64,000 bases of DNA, from positions 12,100 to 76,099 of IMG/VR virus record IMGVR_UViG_3300042691_020140; one strand, written 5' to 3'. Positions within the stretch are counted from its first letter, which is position 1. Each line of letters begins with the position of its first letter. Both the position numbers and the translations under genes were made by a program. The notes beneath the pieces are model-generated. The model made no database searches, was not told where the DNA came from, and saw only the letters and a list, made by a program, of their open reading frames with translations. This stretch comes from a virus. Shown here one piece after another: positions 49,510 to 57,800 of the stretch.

Positions 49510-49959
49510 ATGGACATCAAGCAGTTTATTCAGGAGATGCAGGCGTTCGAGCGTACACTTAACAACGTGTACGACGAGATTGATTCAAGCGTGGTAGACA
49601 GTTTGGAAAACGAGATTGACGGATTGCGTGATTCTCTCCGTGACATCGAGAGTACTGTCAGCGATTGGTCAAATCAGCTTGACGAGGTGCGTGACGAATT
49701 CAACGCCCTCAAAGGGATGGTCAATGACATCGAGGATGAGCCGGTCAAGACTGAGATTGTGCTTATGTCAGATTGGCAGATGCAACAAAAGAAGACCTTT
49801 GTCCGCAACAACTTGCGTAACACAGAGCTTCTGACATCAATGCTCAAAGCAGACCCACAATCATTTTGGGTGACTATCGCTACCTGTATCGTAGAAGACC
49901 CATTCCATTGTTCGGACCTCGCTGATTTTGTGGTGAATTATGAGCAGTACATTAAGTGA
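49510..49959 (+). CDS. Acidic coiled-coil protein
   Basis: Heptad pattern, D/E rich; GAGGAG RBS. Confidence 0.65.
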   Translation: MDIKQFIQEMQAFERTLNNVYDEIDSSVVDSLENEIDGLRDSLRDIESTVSDWSNQLDEVRDEFNALKGMVNDIEDEPVKTEIVLMSDWQMQQKKTFVRNNLRNTELLTSMLKADPQSFWVTIATCIVEDPFHCSDLADFVVNYEQYIK

Positions 49960-50221
49960 TTTGGTGCTGAGCTATCGTGGGACCCCTACCCTTTGTGTGG
50001 TAGGGGACTCCCTCCCACGGGAGCAATGGCTATGGAAGAATTACAGTTTCTTGTCTAAGTTTGCTACGCCTGTCGGGCCACTACCCGAGAATGAAGCTAA
50101 CTTCACAGACAATCTAGCGTTTGTCGTACACGAAATGTTTTGGGATGTCAATGCACAGTTAGAGAAGTATAAGTTGCAGCTAGAATATGCCGGCGGTAAT
50201 CTTTATCTAGTCCGTATGTAG
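49940..50221 (+). CDS. Hypothetical protein
   Basis: Operonic, ends at terminator. Confidence 0.55.
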   Translation: MSSTLSDLVLSYRGTPTLCVVGDSLPREQWLWKNYSFLSKFATPVGPLPENEANFTDNLAFVVHEMFWDVNAQLEKYKLQLEYAGGNLYLVRM

Positions 50222-50365
50222 GCCCGAAGCATCCCTAGAAATAGGGGTGCTTCTTTTTGGTGCAAATATTAGGGGACTCTTCGAGTCCCCCATTTCTTAC
50301 GTCAAGCTGCACCGGCCAACAAAAAACCCCTCCCTTTGTGGGGGAGGGGCTTGGGTAGGGCTAGC

Positions 50366-50644
50366 CTACCATTCTAACTTGTTGTTCTGATAGGCGTACA
50401 CGAGAACAGAGCCCTCGGCTTCTGTGATGTGCCCCTTATCTACTGCCAGCTTAACAGCAAGGTCAATGAAAGCACCATCAACAACCACGTCACCATCAAG
50501 CGAGATGTCAAAGTACATTGGCTCTGGATAGTTCTCATAACCGTTGCCCCACAAAGTGATTTCCGAATCACCACGGATGATGTTGTACACAGCCTTAACC
50601 ACAAACTTACCACGGATTTGCTCAATTTGCTCACGAATAGTCAT
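50366..50644 (-). CDS. Hypothetical protein
   Basis: AAGGAG RBS; minus-strand TTGACA/TATACT promoter at about 50679-50707. Confidence 0.65.
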   Translation of the reverse strand: MTIREQIEQIRGKFVVKAVYNIIRGDSEITLWGNGYENYPEPMYFDISLDGDVVVDGAFIDLAVKLAVDKGHITEAEGSVLVYAYQNNKLEW

Positions 50645-50703
50645 AGCTCACATACTCCTTAATTAAGATTACTCAGTCAGTATAACACACATTCAGTCAT
50701 TTG

Positions 50704-50850
50704 TCAACGTCGGCGATTATCTCGCTCGATTGCGTCGAACAGTCCCAAGATACCGATAACTCCCACCACGATACGAACAACCGGAATGAACAACATGATA
50801 GCCAACAATTCCATAACCATGCGTTCACCCTCTGGGCTAAGATAACTCAA
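50704..50850 (-). CDS. 48-aa membrane miniprotein
   Basis: Hand-translated MSYLSPEGERMVMELLAIMLF...; AAGGAGG RBS; TTGCAT/TAGAAT promoter. Confidence 0.55.
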   Translation of the reverse strand: MSYLSPEGERMVMELLAIMLFIPVVRIVVGVIGILGLFDAIERDNRRR

Positions 50851-50944
50851 TACTTAGCACCTCCTTTCTTGATTACATATGTATTCTACCATATATATAA
50901 GCGATATGCAAGTAAATAGCGGCGCTCTCATCTTACTCTCATTT

Positions 50945-51200
50945 TCGGTATATATACATATATAACATAATACATATATACATATATACACATATATAGA
51001 TTTAGCCCTGCACTTGTATATTATGGCCCCCTCGAGAGTTCCTGAGCGGGCACTTTAATGCGTTTTTGGGGAGTTTTGCCCTGTTTTGAGGGTTTTGAGT
51101 GCACAAATGTGGACAAGTGTATTGGGAGAGTTACATCCTCTCCCTTATTTTTATCCACATTCTCTCCACATTCCAGCATTAATCTGTGGAAAACTCTAGG
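50945..51200. other. Candidate replication origin: TA-rich repeat tract plus DnaA-box cluster
   Basis: TATATACA-type repeats at 50949-50998; TTATCCACA at 51151, near-matches at 51108, 51162 and 51185. Confidence 0.45.
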
Positions 51201-51358
51201 GTATAGGTTAGGGTGGTAGGTTACTGGGGTTGATTACCTACCTTTATATATTGTTTGTTTATATATTTGTAGATAGAAATAAAAATAGAGCGGCGGAACT
51301 TTTTCTGAAAATCTAAAATCTAAATTTCAAATTTCATTTCTGCTCCACCGCTCTGGTT

Positions 51359-51883
51359 CTACAACAATGGGATTTTATCTCCATAGTTATCTTTGAGTAG
51401 GCTTATATAATAAGTTAGTGTATTATCCCAAGATTTAAGCCACGGGTATTTATCTTGGTCATGTCCGTAATCTATCTTATCTTTATAGTATTTAAGAACG
51501 TAGTATGTAGTTTGGGCGGGCAACTTTTTATCTAGGAAGTTATCAAGTACTAGACTTAAGTAGCTACGTTCCCAGTGAGTAGTTCCGCCGGAATATGTTG
51601 GTACCAGCTCATACATAATTATTGGGTTATCAATAATAGCACCAGCTGTCTGGGGTCTGGCATCTACCCAAACCCGACATTCAAATCTGTCATAAGAAGC
51701 TGTGGTAAAGTTGTTCACCAACTTCATAACATAGAAAACAGGAATTCGTGAGTGATCCTCTAGAACTTGCACAGTCTCAAATCCAAGACGAATAAAATCG
51801 TTCATTGTCCTAAGGCCAACTGTAGCATAGTGGTAAATAGAGCCAGTCATTAGGTGCGGAGCACCGTAATCAGTACTTGACAT
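51359..51883 (-). CDS. Hypothetical protein
   Basis: 174 aa. Confidence 0.6.
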   Translation of the reverse strand: MSSTDYGAPHLMTGSIYHYATVGLRTMNDFIRLGFETVQVLEDHSRIPVFYVMKLVNNFTTASYDRFECRVWVDARPQTAGAIIDNPIIMYELVPTYSGGTTHWERSYLSLVLDNFLDKKLPAQTTYYVLKYYKDKIDYGHDQDKYPWLKSWDNTLTYYISLLKDNYGDKIPLL

Positions 51884-52002
51884 AATATATAAAAACCCTT
51901 TCGAGAGTGAAATAAAAAAATTCCGAAAAATCCGAAAGACTAAAGAAATTTTGAAAAATTCAAAAATCTAAAATCTAAAATTCAAAATCTAAAATCTAAA
52001 TT

Positions 52003-52344
52003 TCAAAATCGAACTTTCCATTCGTTAGTATCTGACTTGGTTTTGGGCTTTGGAAGTTTGATAGCTGCAACAGCCCACAATGGAGGTTGCTTCTCATCAC
52101 CCTCGTAAGGTCCTAGTACAATATGTTCATCATAACCCTCTGGTAATTCCTCTCCCTCAAGTACAAGCTGGCCGAAAATCTTTTCGACTGGCTTAGTCGG
52201 ATCTCCCTCACAGTAGAGAAAGACCTCTGAACCATCTTGAAAGATTTGGTAATCTCCATCAATCGGAATTTCAAATGAGAACTCTGACGGAATCTCATCG
52301 TCCTCAAATGAGAAAATTGGTGTCACTGTAAAAATCTTGGGCAT
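52003..52344 (-). CDS. Acidic hypothetical protein
   Basis: AAGGAG RBS. Confidence 0.65.
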   Translation of the reverse strand: MPKIFTVTPIFSFEDDEIPSEFSFEIPIDGDYQIFQDGSEVFLYCEGDPTKPVEKIFGQLVLEGEELPEGYDEHIVLGPYEGDEKQPPLWAVAAIKLPKPKTKSDTNEWKVRF

Positions 52345-52346
52345 AC

Positions 52347-52670
52347 TTATTTCTCCTTTCCTGCTTCCTGTAAAAGTAATATGTCCAGCGTTGTAAATTG
52401 AACGTATATGCTACTAGATACTATACCTAGTCTTTTAGCTCTTCGCTGTAACTCATGGCTGAAACCTATCCAACACCTATACCTAGCTTGCTCGCTGTTA
52501 ATGACATCGTGTACAGTTGTCCTGAATATGTACAACGTATCATACTCAGTGTCTTTTACTCTACACTCCCACACATATGGATTTACCTGCCAGTATTCCA
52601 TCTCGTATAATACGCCGTCAACTTTATACGAGTCAGTGTTTACTGTAGCTAGTTTATTCGGGCCATTCAT
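52347..52670 (-). CDS. Hypothetical protein
   Basis: Likely start MNGPNK with GGAG RBS. Confidence 0.5.
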   Translation of the reverse strand: MNGPNKLATVNTDSYKVDGVLYEMEYWQVNPYVWECRVKDTEYDTLYIFRTTVHDVINSEQARYRCWIGFSHELQRRAKRLGIVSSSIYVQFTTLDILLLQEAGKEK

Positions 52671-53064
52671 ATGGTATAAACTCCATTTCAAATTGTGGAT
52701 AATCCGCCGGGGATTTATGATATAAGTTAGCCCGATGTGATACGTGGAAAGACTCAGCACCTAACCAGTGTGGCATCTGTATCGTATTTGGTAACTCATA
52801 CTTACTCATAGTGTTCTTGTAACCACGTTTAATCCACTCATCAATACAAAGATTGCAGTATAGTTTAAGAGCGTCGGGATATTTACGCCACATCTTTGTA
52901 GCTGGGTGATTTACCCAACCACGATATGGCTTACCGTCTAACGTGGGTACTTGCTCGATTGCCTTGATTAATTGCATAGCCTCAACACGCTGTTTGCCTA
53001 GACGACGATAGTCTAGAACCTCGAATGACTTACGAAAATCTGCATATGGTAAGAATGTTTGCAT
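52654..53064 (-). CDS. denV: Pyrimidine-dimer DNA glycosylase / endonuclease V family
   Basis: MQTFLPY.DF..S...LD.RRLGKQRVEA.Q, HPATKMW, SHRANL; own TTGACA-17-TAGAAT promoter at 53085-53113. Confidence 0.85.
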   Translation of the reverse strand: MQTFLPYADFRKSFEVLDYRRLGKQRVEAMQLIKAIEQVPTLDGKPYRGWVNHPATKMWRKYPDALKLYCNLCIDEWIKRGYKNTMSKYELPNTIQMPHWLGAESFHVSHRANLYHKSPADYPQFEMEFIPYEWPE

Positions 53065-53113
53065 GTCTTACTCCTTTCATAAGTATTCTAACAGGTGTTG
53101 AGGCTTTTGTCAA

Positions 53114-53671
53114 CTACTTAGGTTTGTGCATCAACCAGTGACATGTATCTGGCACGATGTAAAACTCTACGCCGATTTCTTTTGAGAACTCATTGACTGC
53201 TTTGATAACCCCGGGCCAGCTAGGTTGATAATCATCACCTGCGAAGATACCACCCGGCTTAACTTTCTTGTACCATGCCTTAAGGTCAGCAATTACTGAG
53301 TCATAATCATGAGAAGCGTCTACAAATACAAAATCCAAAGAGTTATCTTTGTAATTCTTTACAGCTGTAGGGCTGTCCATTTTTACAACGTTTACATAAT
53401 CCTTTACAGGTTCTAGGTTCTTCATACAAGCATCGTATAACGTTGCTGATAAATCACCATGCTCTGCTGACCCCTTAAAGTGGTCAATAGCATCAAACTT
53501 AATGTCGATACCACGGTTAGCAATTTCAACTGCCATAAAAGCAGCTGAGCGTCCGTGATATACTCCAATTTCTACAAAGTGCTCACCGCTTACTGCCCTG
53601 TCAAGGGCTTTTCGGTAGGTCGGATTGTCACCAACCCACCCGGGAATGTTCTGCCAAAAATGTTGCATCAT
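53114..53671 (-). CDS. Class I SAM-dependent methyltransferase (Methyltransf_24-like)
   Basis: VEIGVYHGRS, FVFVDASHDY, KPGGIFAGDDY. Confidence 0.85.
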   Translation of the reverse strand: MMQHFWQNIPGWVGDNPTYRKALDRAVSGEHFVEIGVYHGRSAAFMAVEIANRGIDIKFDAIDHFKGSAEHGDLSATLYDACMKNLEPVKDYVNVVKMDSPTAVKNYKDNSLDFVFVDASHDYDSVIADLKAWYKKVKPGGIFAGDDYQPSWPGVIKAVNEFSKEIGVEFYIVPDTCHWLMHKPK

Positions 53672-54321
53672 AACTCCAAATAATTTAATTTTTCATAGGT
53701 ATACTGTGCATGATCCGGATGCTTATTGTGGAATAGAATCTCGCTAGCTGGGAACATAACATTATTAATAGTGTTTCTCTCGCTACTGGTTTTAATAGTA
53801 GAAGATGCGACGTGTGTAATATGCCCTACATTAGCCTGAATAAATCTAAATCCAGCTTTGTGCAGTCTAATATGCAAATCATTGTCCAGAAAGTACCATT
53901 GAAATCTAAGATAGTCCCAACCACCTATATCAGATATAGCTTGAACTCTGTACGCACAGAGAGTGTCGTAGTGGGTGTGAATAACGCCCCAATTAATGTC
54001 TAGACTGTGTGCTATATCGTGCAGTTTAAGTAGACTAGAAATATCAAAGCTAGCGTCTGAGTGTTGCCAAGTAAAGAATCCGGTAGGATGATACTTTGCG
54101 GCTACTCTCCACATCCAATTCATGGTCTGTGATGTAGAGAGCGGTGCTGGAGAAACGAATATTTGATGGTGTTTTTCTAAGCCCAATTCTTTAGGACTCG
54201 TTTCAGTAGAATGTAAGTCCCGATTATCTATAATGATTACAGGACCGTCGTAATCCCTACAAGACTCATAAGCCTTAACCAGTAAAGAGAAGTTATTTAC
54301 ATACGGTATGAAGTGAATCAT
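53668..54321 (-). CDS. Glycosyltransferase family 2-like protein
   Basis: IIIDN, WQHSD, IGGWD...WYFLDND. Confidence 0.6.
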   Translation of the reverse strand: MIHFIPYVNNFSLLVKAYESCRDYDGPVIIIDNRDLHSTETSPKELGLEKHHQIFVSPAPLSTSQTMNWMWRVAAKYHPTGFFTWQHSDASFDISSLLKLHDIAHSLDINWGVIHTHYDTLCAYRVQAISDIGGWDYLRFQWYFLDNDLHIRLHKAGFRFIQANVGHITHVASSTIKTSSERNTINNVMFPASEILFHNKHPDHAQYTYEKLNYLEL

Positions 54322-54992
54322 TCGTTCTCTATTACGATGTTGTTCAGCGAGGGGAACTCCTGAAGTATTATCTTCCAACATGCTTCTGCTACCTCTCTAT
54401 GTTCCTTTTGTGTGTCTGGTTTCATTCTAGTCAAGCAGTAGTGCATCCAAGAACGAAGAGTACCATTCATATACATTCTAGACATTGTAAGACCCTCTGG
54501 TAAAATAACCCGGGCTTGTTCTTTTGCTATACCATGCTCAATAGCCCACTTGTAGGCCATCTCAGCTTGATTAGACAGCTTGTCCTGAAGCTCAATCCAC
54601 GTCTGACTAATAAACATATGTTCTTGATTCTCTGGGTCAAGCTCAATACTGTTCTGACGATTCTGAGTGTCCTGTAGGCGTGCTTCTCTTTTTATGAAAC
54701 CCATAGACTTGCTAGGGTCTGCATACCTTTGAGAAAATTCTTGGAATGAAAAGCTGCGATGTCTTAAAATTTGTCTGCCAATATCACGGGGCACTTCCAA
54801 TTCAATAACCAAGTTGACCATCTCAAAAGGGCTCCAGTGTTTATGCTTAACTAAGTACTTAAGCAACTTGGGAGCAGTCAGATGATTATTCTGATTACTT
54901 GGGTTACTTACTCTAGCTACATACGCCAAGAATTGTTCTACATTTAACTCAGGATTTACCGGCTGAGTAATGGCTTCTAGCTTTGCTTTCAT
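54318..54992 (-). CDS. thyX: FAD-dependent thymidylate synthase
   Basis: HWSPFE, RHRSFSFQEFSQRY, AKEQARVILP, TQKEHR. Confidence 0.95.
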   Translation of the reverse strand: MKAKLEAITQPVNPELNVEQFLAYVARVSNPSNQNNHLTAPKLLKYLVKHKHWSPFEMVNLVIELEVPRDIGRQILRHRSFSFQEFSQRYADPSKSMGFIKREARLQDTQNRQNSIELDPENQEHMFISQTWIELQDKLSNQAEMAYKWAIEHGIAKEQARVILPEGLTMSRMYMNGTLRSWMHYCLTRMKPDTQKEHREVAEACWKIILQEFPSLNNIVIENE

Positions 54993-54993
54993 T

Positions 54994-55626
54994 CTACTTC
55001 ACTTTCTTAATGAATGATGTAAGGTCGTTAATCCATCCTTGAATGTTGGGGTCGTTAGACCAACCGGCGTTCATACCCATACGAATAAGGTAGAAAGAGT
55101 CCCACAACTTTGACCACACAATATCTGCAATTTTTTGCTCAGAAATTTGTGACCCACCACTGTTATTCTTCTTAAGGTCTTCGATTTCTTTGGCTTGCCG
55201 TGAGTTTACTGCTTCTACAGCACTAACTCTAGGGGCTAGTTGATTCACAGAAGCTGCAAGATTGTTAATCATCTGCTTTAGTTCTGCTACTTGCTTATCG
55301 TTGATGTTTACTGTAGTTCCACTAACTTTACTATCAGGTGGAATATACCCCTCGATTTCTATTAGGGCTTGTTTCTTATTAGGGTAGTTAACAGCTAAGT
55401 AAAGAACACCGTTAATTACATGAAGAGATCCGTGACAACCTGGGAACGATACAATTAACTGTGGCGGTTGATTTCTAGGTGTCTTCCATACATTGATGCC
55501 GAAGTCAATACTTGGTGATGGTTTACCCATACTAGTACTGTAGAGTGCTCCAGTCTTGTCCGGCTCAACCTCTGTTCTTGTGGCAGTGTAATTACCGCCG
55601 GGCTTACTGATGTCGATTGATTTCAT
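54994..55626 (-). CDS. Hypothetical protein with coiled coil
   Basis: GGAGG RBS before MKSIDI. Confidence 0.6.
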   Translation of the reverse strand: MKSIDISKPGGNYTATRTEVEPDKTGALYSTSMGKPSPSIDFGINVWKTPRNQPPQLIVSFPGCHGSLHVINGVLYLAVNYPNKKQALIEIEGYIPPDSKVSGTTVNINDKQVAELKQMINNLAASVNQLAPRVSAVEAVNSRQAKEIEDLKKNNSGGSQISEQKIADIVWSKLWDSFYLIRMGMNAGWSNDPNIQGWINDLTSFIKKVK

Positions 55627-55636
55627 ATGTCCTCCA

Positions 55637-55813
55637 TTATGATGCAAAGATACCCTTAAACCTGACAGGTATGTCAAAGTCGAGTATCTTGTGTGTTACG
55701 TAGTAATTAACTTTTTGGTTCACTGTACGTCGTACTGATTTGTTATGTGACTTGTAGATTGAGTTGCGTCCGCCGGACAATTTGCACTGCTTACATAGAC
55801 AATTTAAAATCAT
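55637..55813 (-). CDS. 58-aa basic hypothetical protein
   Basis: Hand-translated MILNCLCKQCK...; GAGGTG RBS. Confidence 0.5.
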   Translation of the reverse strand: MILNCLCKQCKLSGGRNSIYKSHNKSVRRTVNQKVNYYVTHKILDFDIPVRFKGIFAS

Positions 55814-55830
55814 AACTCACCTCTTTAGAA

Positions 55831-55907
55831 TGGTACCGACGGAGGGACTCGAACCCCCGACCAACGGTTTAGAAGACCGTTGCTCTAATCCACTGAGCTA
55901 CGTCGGC
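55831..55907 (-). tRNA. tRNA-Arg (anticodon TCT), CCA encoded
   Basis: Cloverleaf GCCGACG...CTTCTAA...TTCGA...ACCA. Confidence 0.93.
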
Positions 55908-55922
55908 ACTGTAGTTTTAGTC

Positions 55923-55978
55923 TGGATGCCTTTTGTTAATTACGCTTGAATTAAATATAGGGTTGCTGCAAGCATCCA
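55923..55978 (-). ncRNA. CAGCAA stem-loop element, copy 4 (between the tRNAs)
   Basis: TGGATGC-TTGCAGCAA-...-GCATCCA with inner TTAATT/AATTAA hairpin. Confidence 0.6.
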
Positions 55979-55980
55979 AG

Positions 55981-56056
55981 TGGTGGGCCAGATAGGGGTC
56001 GAACCTATAACCAACTCGTTATGAGCGAGGTGCTCTAACCTTTGAGCTACTGGCCC
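55981..56056 (-). tRNA. tRNA with CAT anticodon (probably Ile2/lysidine type, possibly Met), CCA encoded
   Basis: GGGCCAG TAGCTCA...CTCATAA...TTCGA...CTGGCCC ACCA. Confidence 0.88.
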
Positions 56057-56370
56057 TTAGGTTTTTTACCTCGTCTGGGTTTACTGAAAAAAGCTTCCTC
56101 TCGCATGTCCCAAACATGTTTATGTTGTTTAGCTATAGTCTTGAGAATTGCTGTAGCATGGTCATCAGTACTGTAGTCAAACCAAAAATCTGGAGCAAGC
56201 CGTGAGGAGTATTTAAGCTCCCCACTAACCATGCGTACATAATAGTGGTATACATTGCAAAGCTTACTGTCTTCCACTACCACAGTCAAGCGGGTATTCT
56301 TTGTAGGTGAAACCTCGTGGATTACCCGCTCTTCTTTCTTGGTCTTAGGCTTTCTCGGCTTGTTTACCAT
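56047..56370 (-). CDS. Basic hypothetical protein; stop codon lies inside the tRNA 5' end
   Basis: 107 aa ORF. Confidence 0.55.
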   Translation of the reverse strand: MVNKPRKPKTKKEERVIHEVSPTKNTRLTVVVEDSKLCNVYHYYVRMVSGELKYSSRLAPDFWFDYSTDDHATAILKTIAKQHKHVWDMREEAFFSKPRRGKKPKGQ

Positions 56371-57785
56371 AACACACCCGGAATCTCGTATCGGTCTTGC
56401 ATGATTGTGCGGAGCATAATATTGAACGGTGTAAATGAGCCCTTGTCCATTGTAAGAACAGACTCCATGATTGCCGGTGAGTAACCACTTACCAAAGCTA
56501 CCCCATTCTCATGAGCCGACACAGGAACTCCACCGCTATCATTAATATTCCAAAACACAATCAAAGGCATCTCATACCCAGCATCAGCGTACAGCTTCTT
56601 GGTAAGTTCAAACGCCGTAGCATCTGTGTAGTCCTCATGTACTGCTTGATTAAACTGCATATCAGAGAGAATCAACAAAGTATCAGGCATCTCTGACTGT
56701 GGTAAGTTTGACTGCTTACCTACGTTTAAAATAGCCTCGAGCGCAGCTTCGATGTCGGTACTCATCCCCCACTCAACTCTAGCCAGTTGATGTAACTTAT
56801 CTACTACACTACCCTTAAGAACCTCAAACTTAGGGTTTGACGAGAAAGTAAGAATCAAGTCCTTAAACTTTCCTGTGTTCTTACCAGACATGTACAGACC
56901 GAGGGCGAGTGCGATGTCAATAGCCGGTGGGCTACTATTAGTAAACATAGAACCGCTAACATCAACCATCGGAATAACTTTAGCGTTCCCTACGTAGTTT
57001 GGCATAGCGTCCCATTGTGCATTGATAGCCTGAACTTCTGAGGTAGATAACCGAGTGAACGAGCCGGTAACAACAACTCCCTTGATAACATCGTGTGGGT
57101 AAACAGCCCCGGCGTTAATCTTAGCCTCCCCTGTAGACAACTTACTGGTGTACTCAGCGTACTTAGTAGAGTTGCGAGCGAAAGCTTTACGATACCGAGA
57201 ATGAGCCAGAGATGGGACATGATTAAAGTTAATCTCGTTCCACTCCTTGTTACACATTTGAGTCTCAACAACCTGAGTCAAACCTACAATAAGCTTGCGG
57301 TAGTTCTTAGGTGTGAGTCCCAAGTGAATTGCGAGCTGCTTAGCGATGTAACCCTTTCGGGGCATCCACTTAGCACAGAGACCATTCTTAGCTTGAAGCG
57401 CATCAGCAATCATGTTAAAAACAAATCGCTTAGCACCGGGAGTCTTTACACAAAGCAAGTCATCCCAACGACCAAGTTCCGGAACTCGACTGAGCAAGTC
57501 AAAAGCACTAGGTGGCCGAACAACTTCAAGGTAACGAATGATGCTTCGGAACAACTCACGCTCACCTGCACCCTTACGAGCATCACGTAACCACAGGGCA
57601 ATTCGCATAGCAAGCTCTGGGTCGGTGTTGTAGGCAAGAGAGAACATCGGAATGATGTCTTTACCCCGCATAGCTCCGCCCTTGTAGAACAAGTCCATCA
57701 GTGGCTGACCACTGGTCTGAAGAGTGTCCATACCGTTAGTGGTCTGGATGCGAAGACTCTTCAACGATTCAATAAAACTAGTCAT
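56364..57785 (-). CDS. DUF2828 / TROVE (Ro60-like) protein with C-terminal vWA domain
   Basis: LRDARKGAGER, GRWDDL, AKWMPR, GAVYPHD, vWA MIDAS DVSGSM, ILSDMQF, FWN, VSGYSP. Confidence 0.85.
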   Translation of the reverse strand: MTSFIESLKSLRIQTTNGMDTLQTSGQPLMDLFYKGGAMRGKDIIPMFSLAYNTDPELAMRIALWLRDARKGAGERELFRSIIRYLEVVRPPSAFDLLSRVPELGRWDDLLCVKTPGAKRFVFNMIADALQAKNGLCAKWMPRKGYIAKQLAIHLGLTPKNYRKLIVGLTQVVETQMCNKEWNEINFNHVPSLAHSRYRKAFARNSTKYAEYTSKLSTGEAKINAGAVYPHDVIKGVVVTGSFTRLSTSEVQAINAQWDAMPNYVGNAKVIPMVDVSGSMFTNSSPPAIDIALALGLYMSGKNTGKFKDLILTFSSNPKFEVLKGSVVDKLHQLARVEWGMSTDIEAALEAILNVGKQSNLPQSEMPDTLLILSDMQFNQAVHEDYTDATAFELTKKLYADAGYEMPLIVFWNINDSGGVPVSAHENGVALVSGYSPAIMESVLTMDKGSFTPFNIMLRTIMQDRYEIPGVLW

Positions 57786-57800
57786 ACTAAATCCTTTCTC

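Larger units (their letters stand above)
33992..50291. repeat. Dispersed array of about 60 GGGG-N10/11-CCCC palindromes delimiting gene cassettes
   Basis: Type A GGGGAG-n6-CTCCCC (about 21), type B GGGGACTC-TTC/GAA-GAGTCCCC (about 29), type C GGGGTGTCCSGCAGTCCCC and variants (about 11); essentially all intergenic with A/T-tract flanks; manual count. Confidence 0.92.

Noticed and set aside
33992-50291. CRISPR array interpretation of the palindromic repeats
   Set aside because: Intervening segments range from about 10 to over 1500 nt and contain promoters and ORFs; repeats vary and flip orientation; no cas operon seen
33992-50291. Classical integron (attC) array
   Set aside because: No IntI-like tyrosine recombinase in the window, no RYYYAAC/GTTRRRY ends, and cassettes carry their own promoters
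51010-51030. dif/Xer site suggested by TGTATATTATG
   Set aside because: No XerC arm and incomplete XerD arm; better explained as a variant of the block-boundary motif
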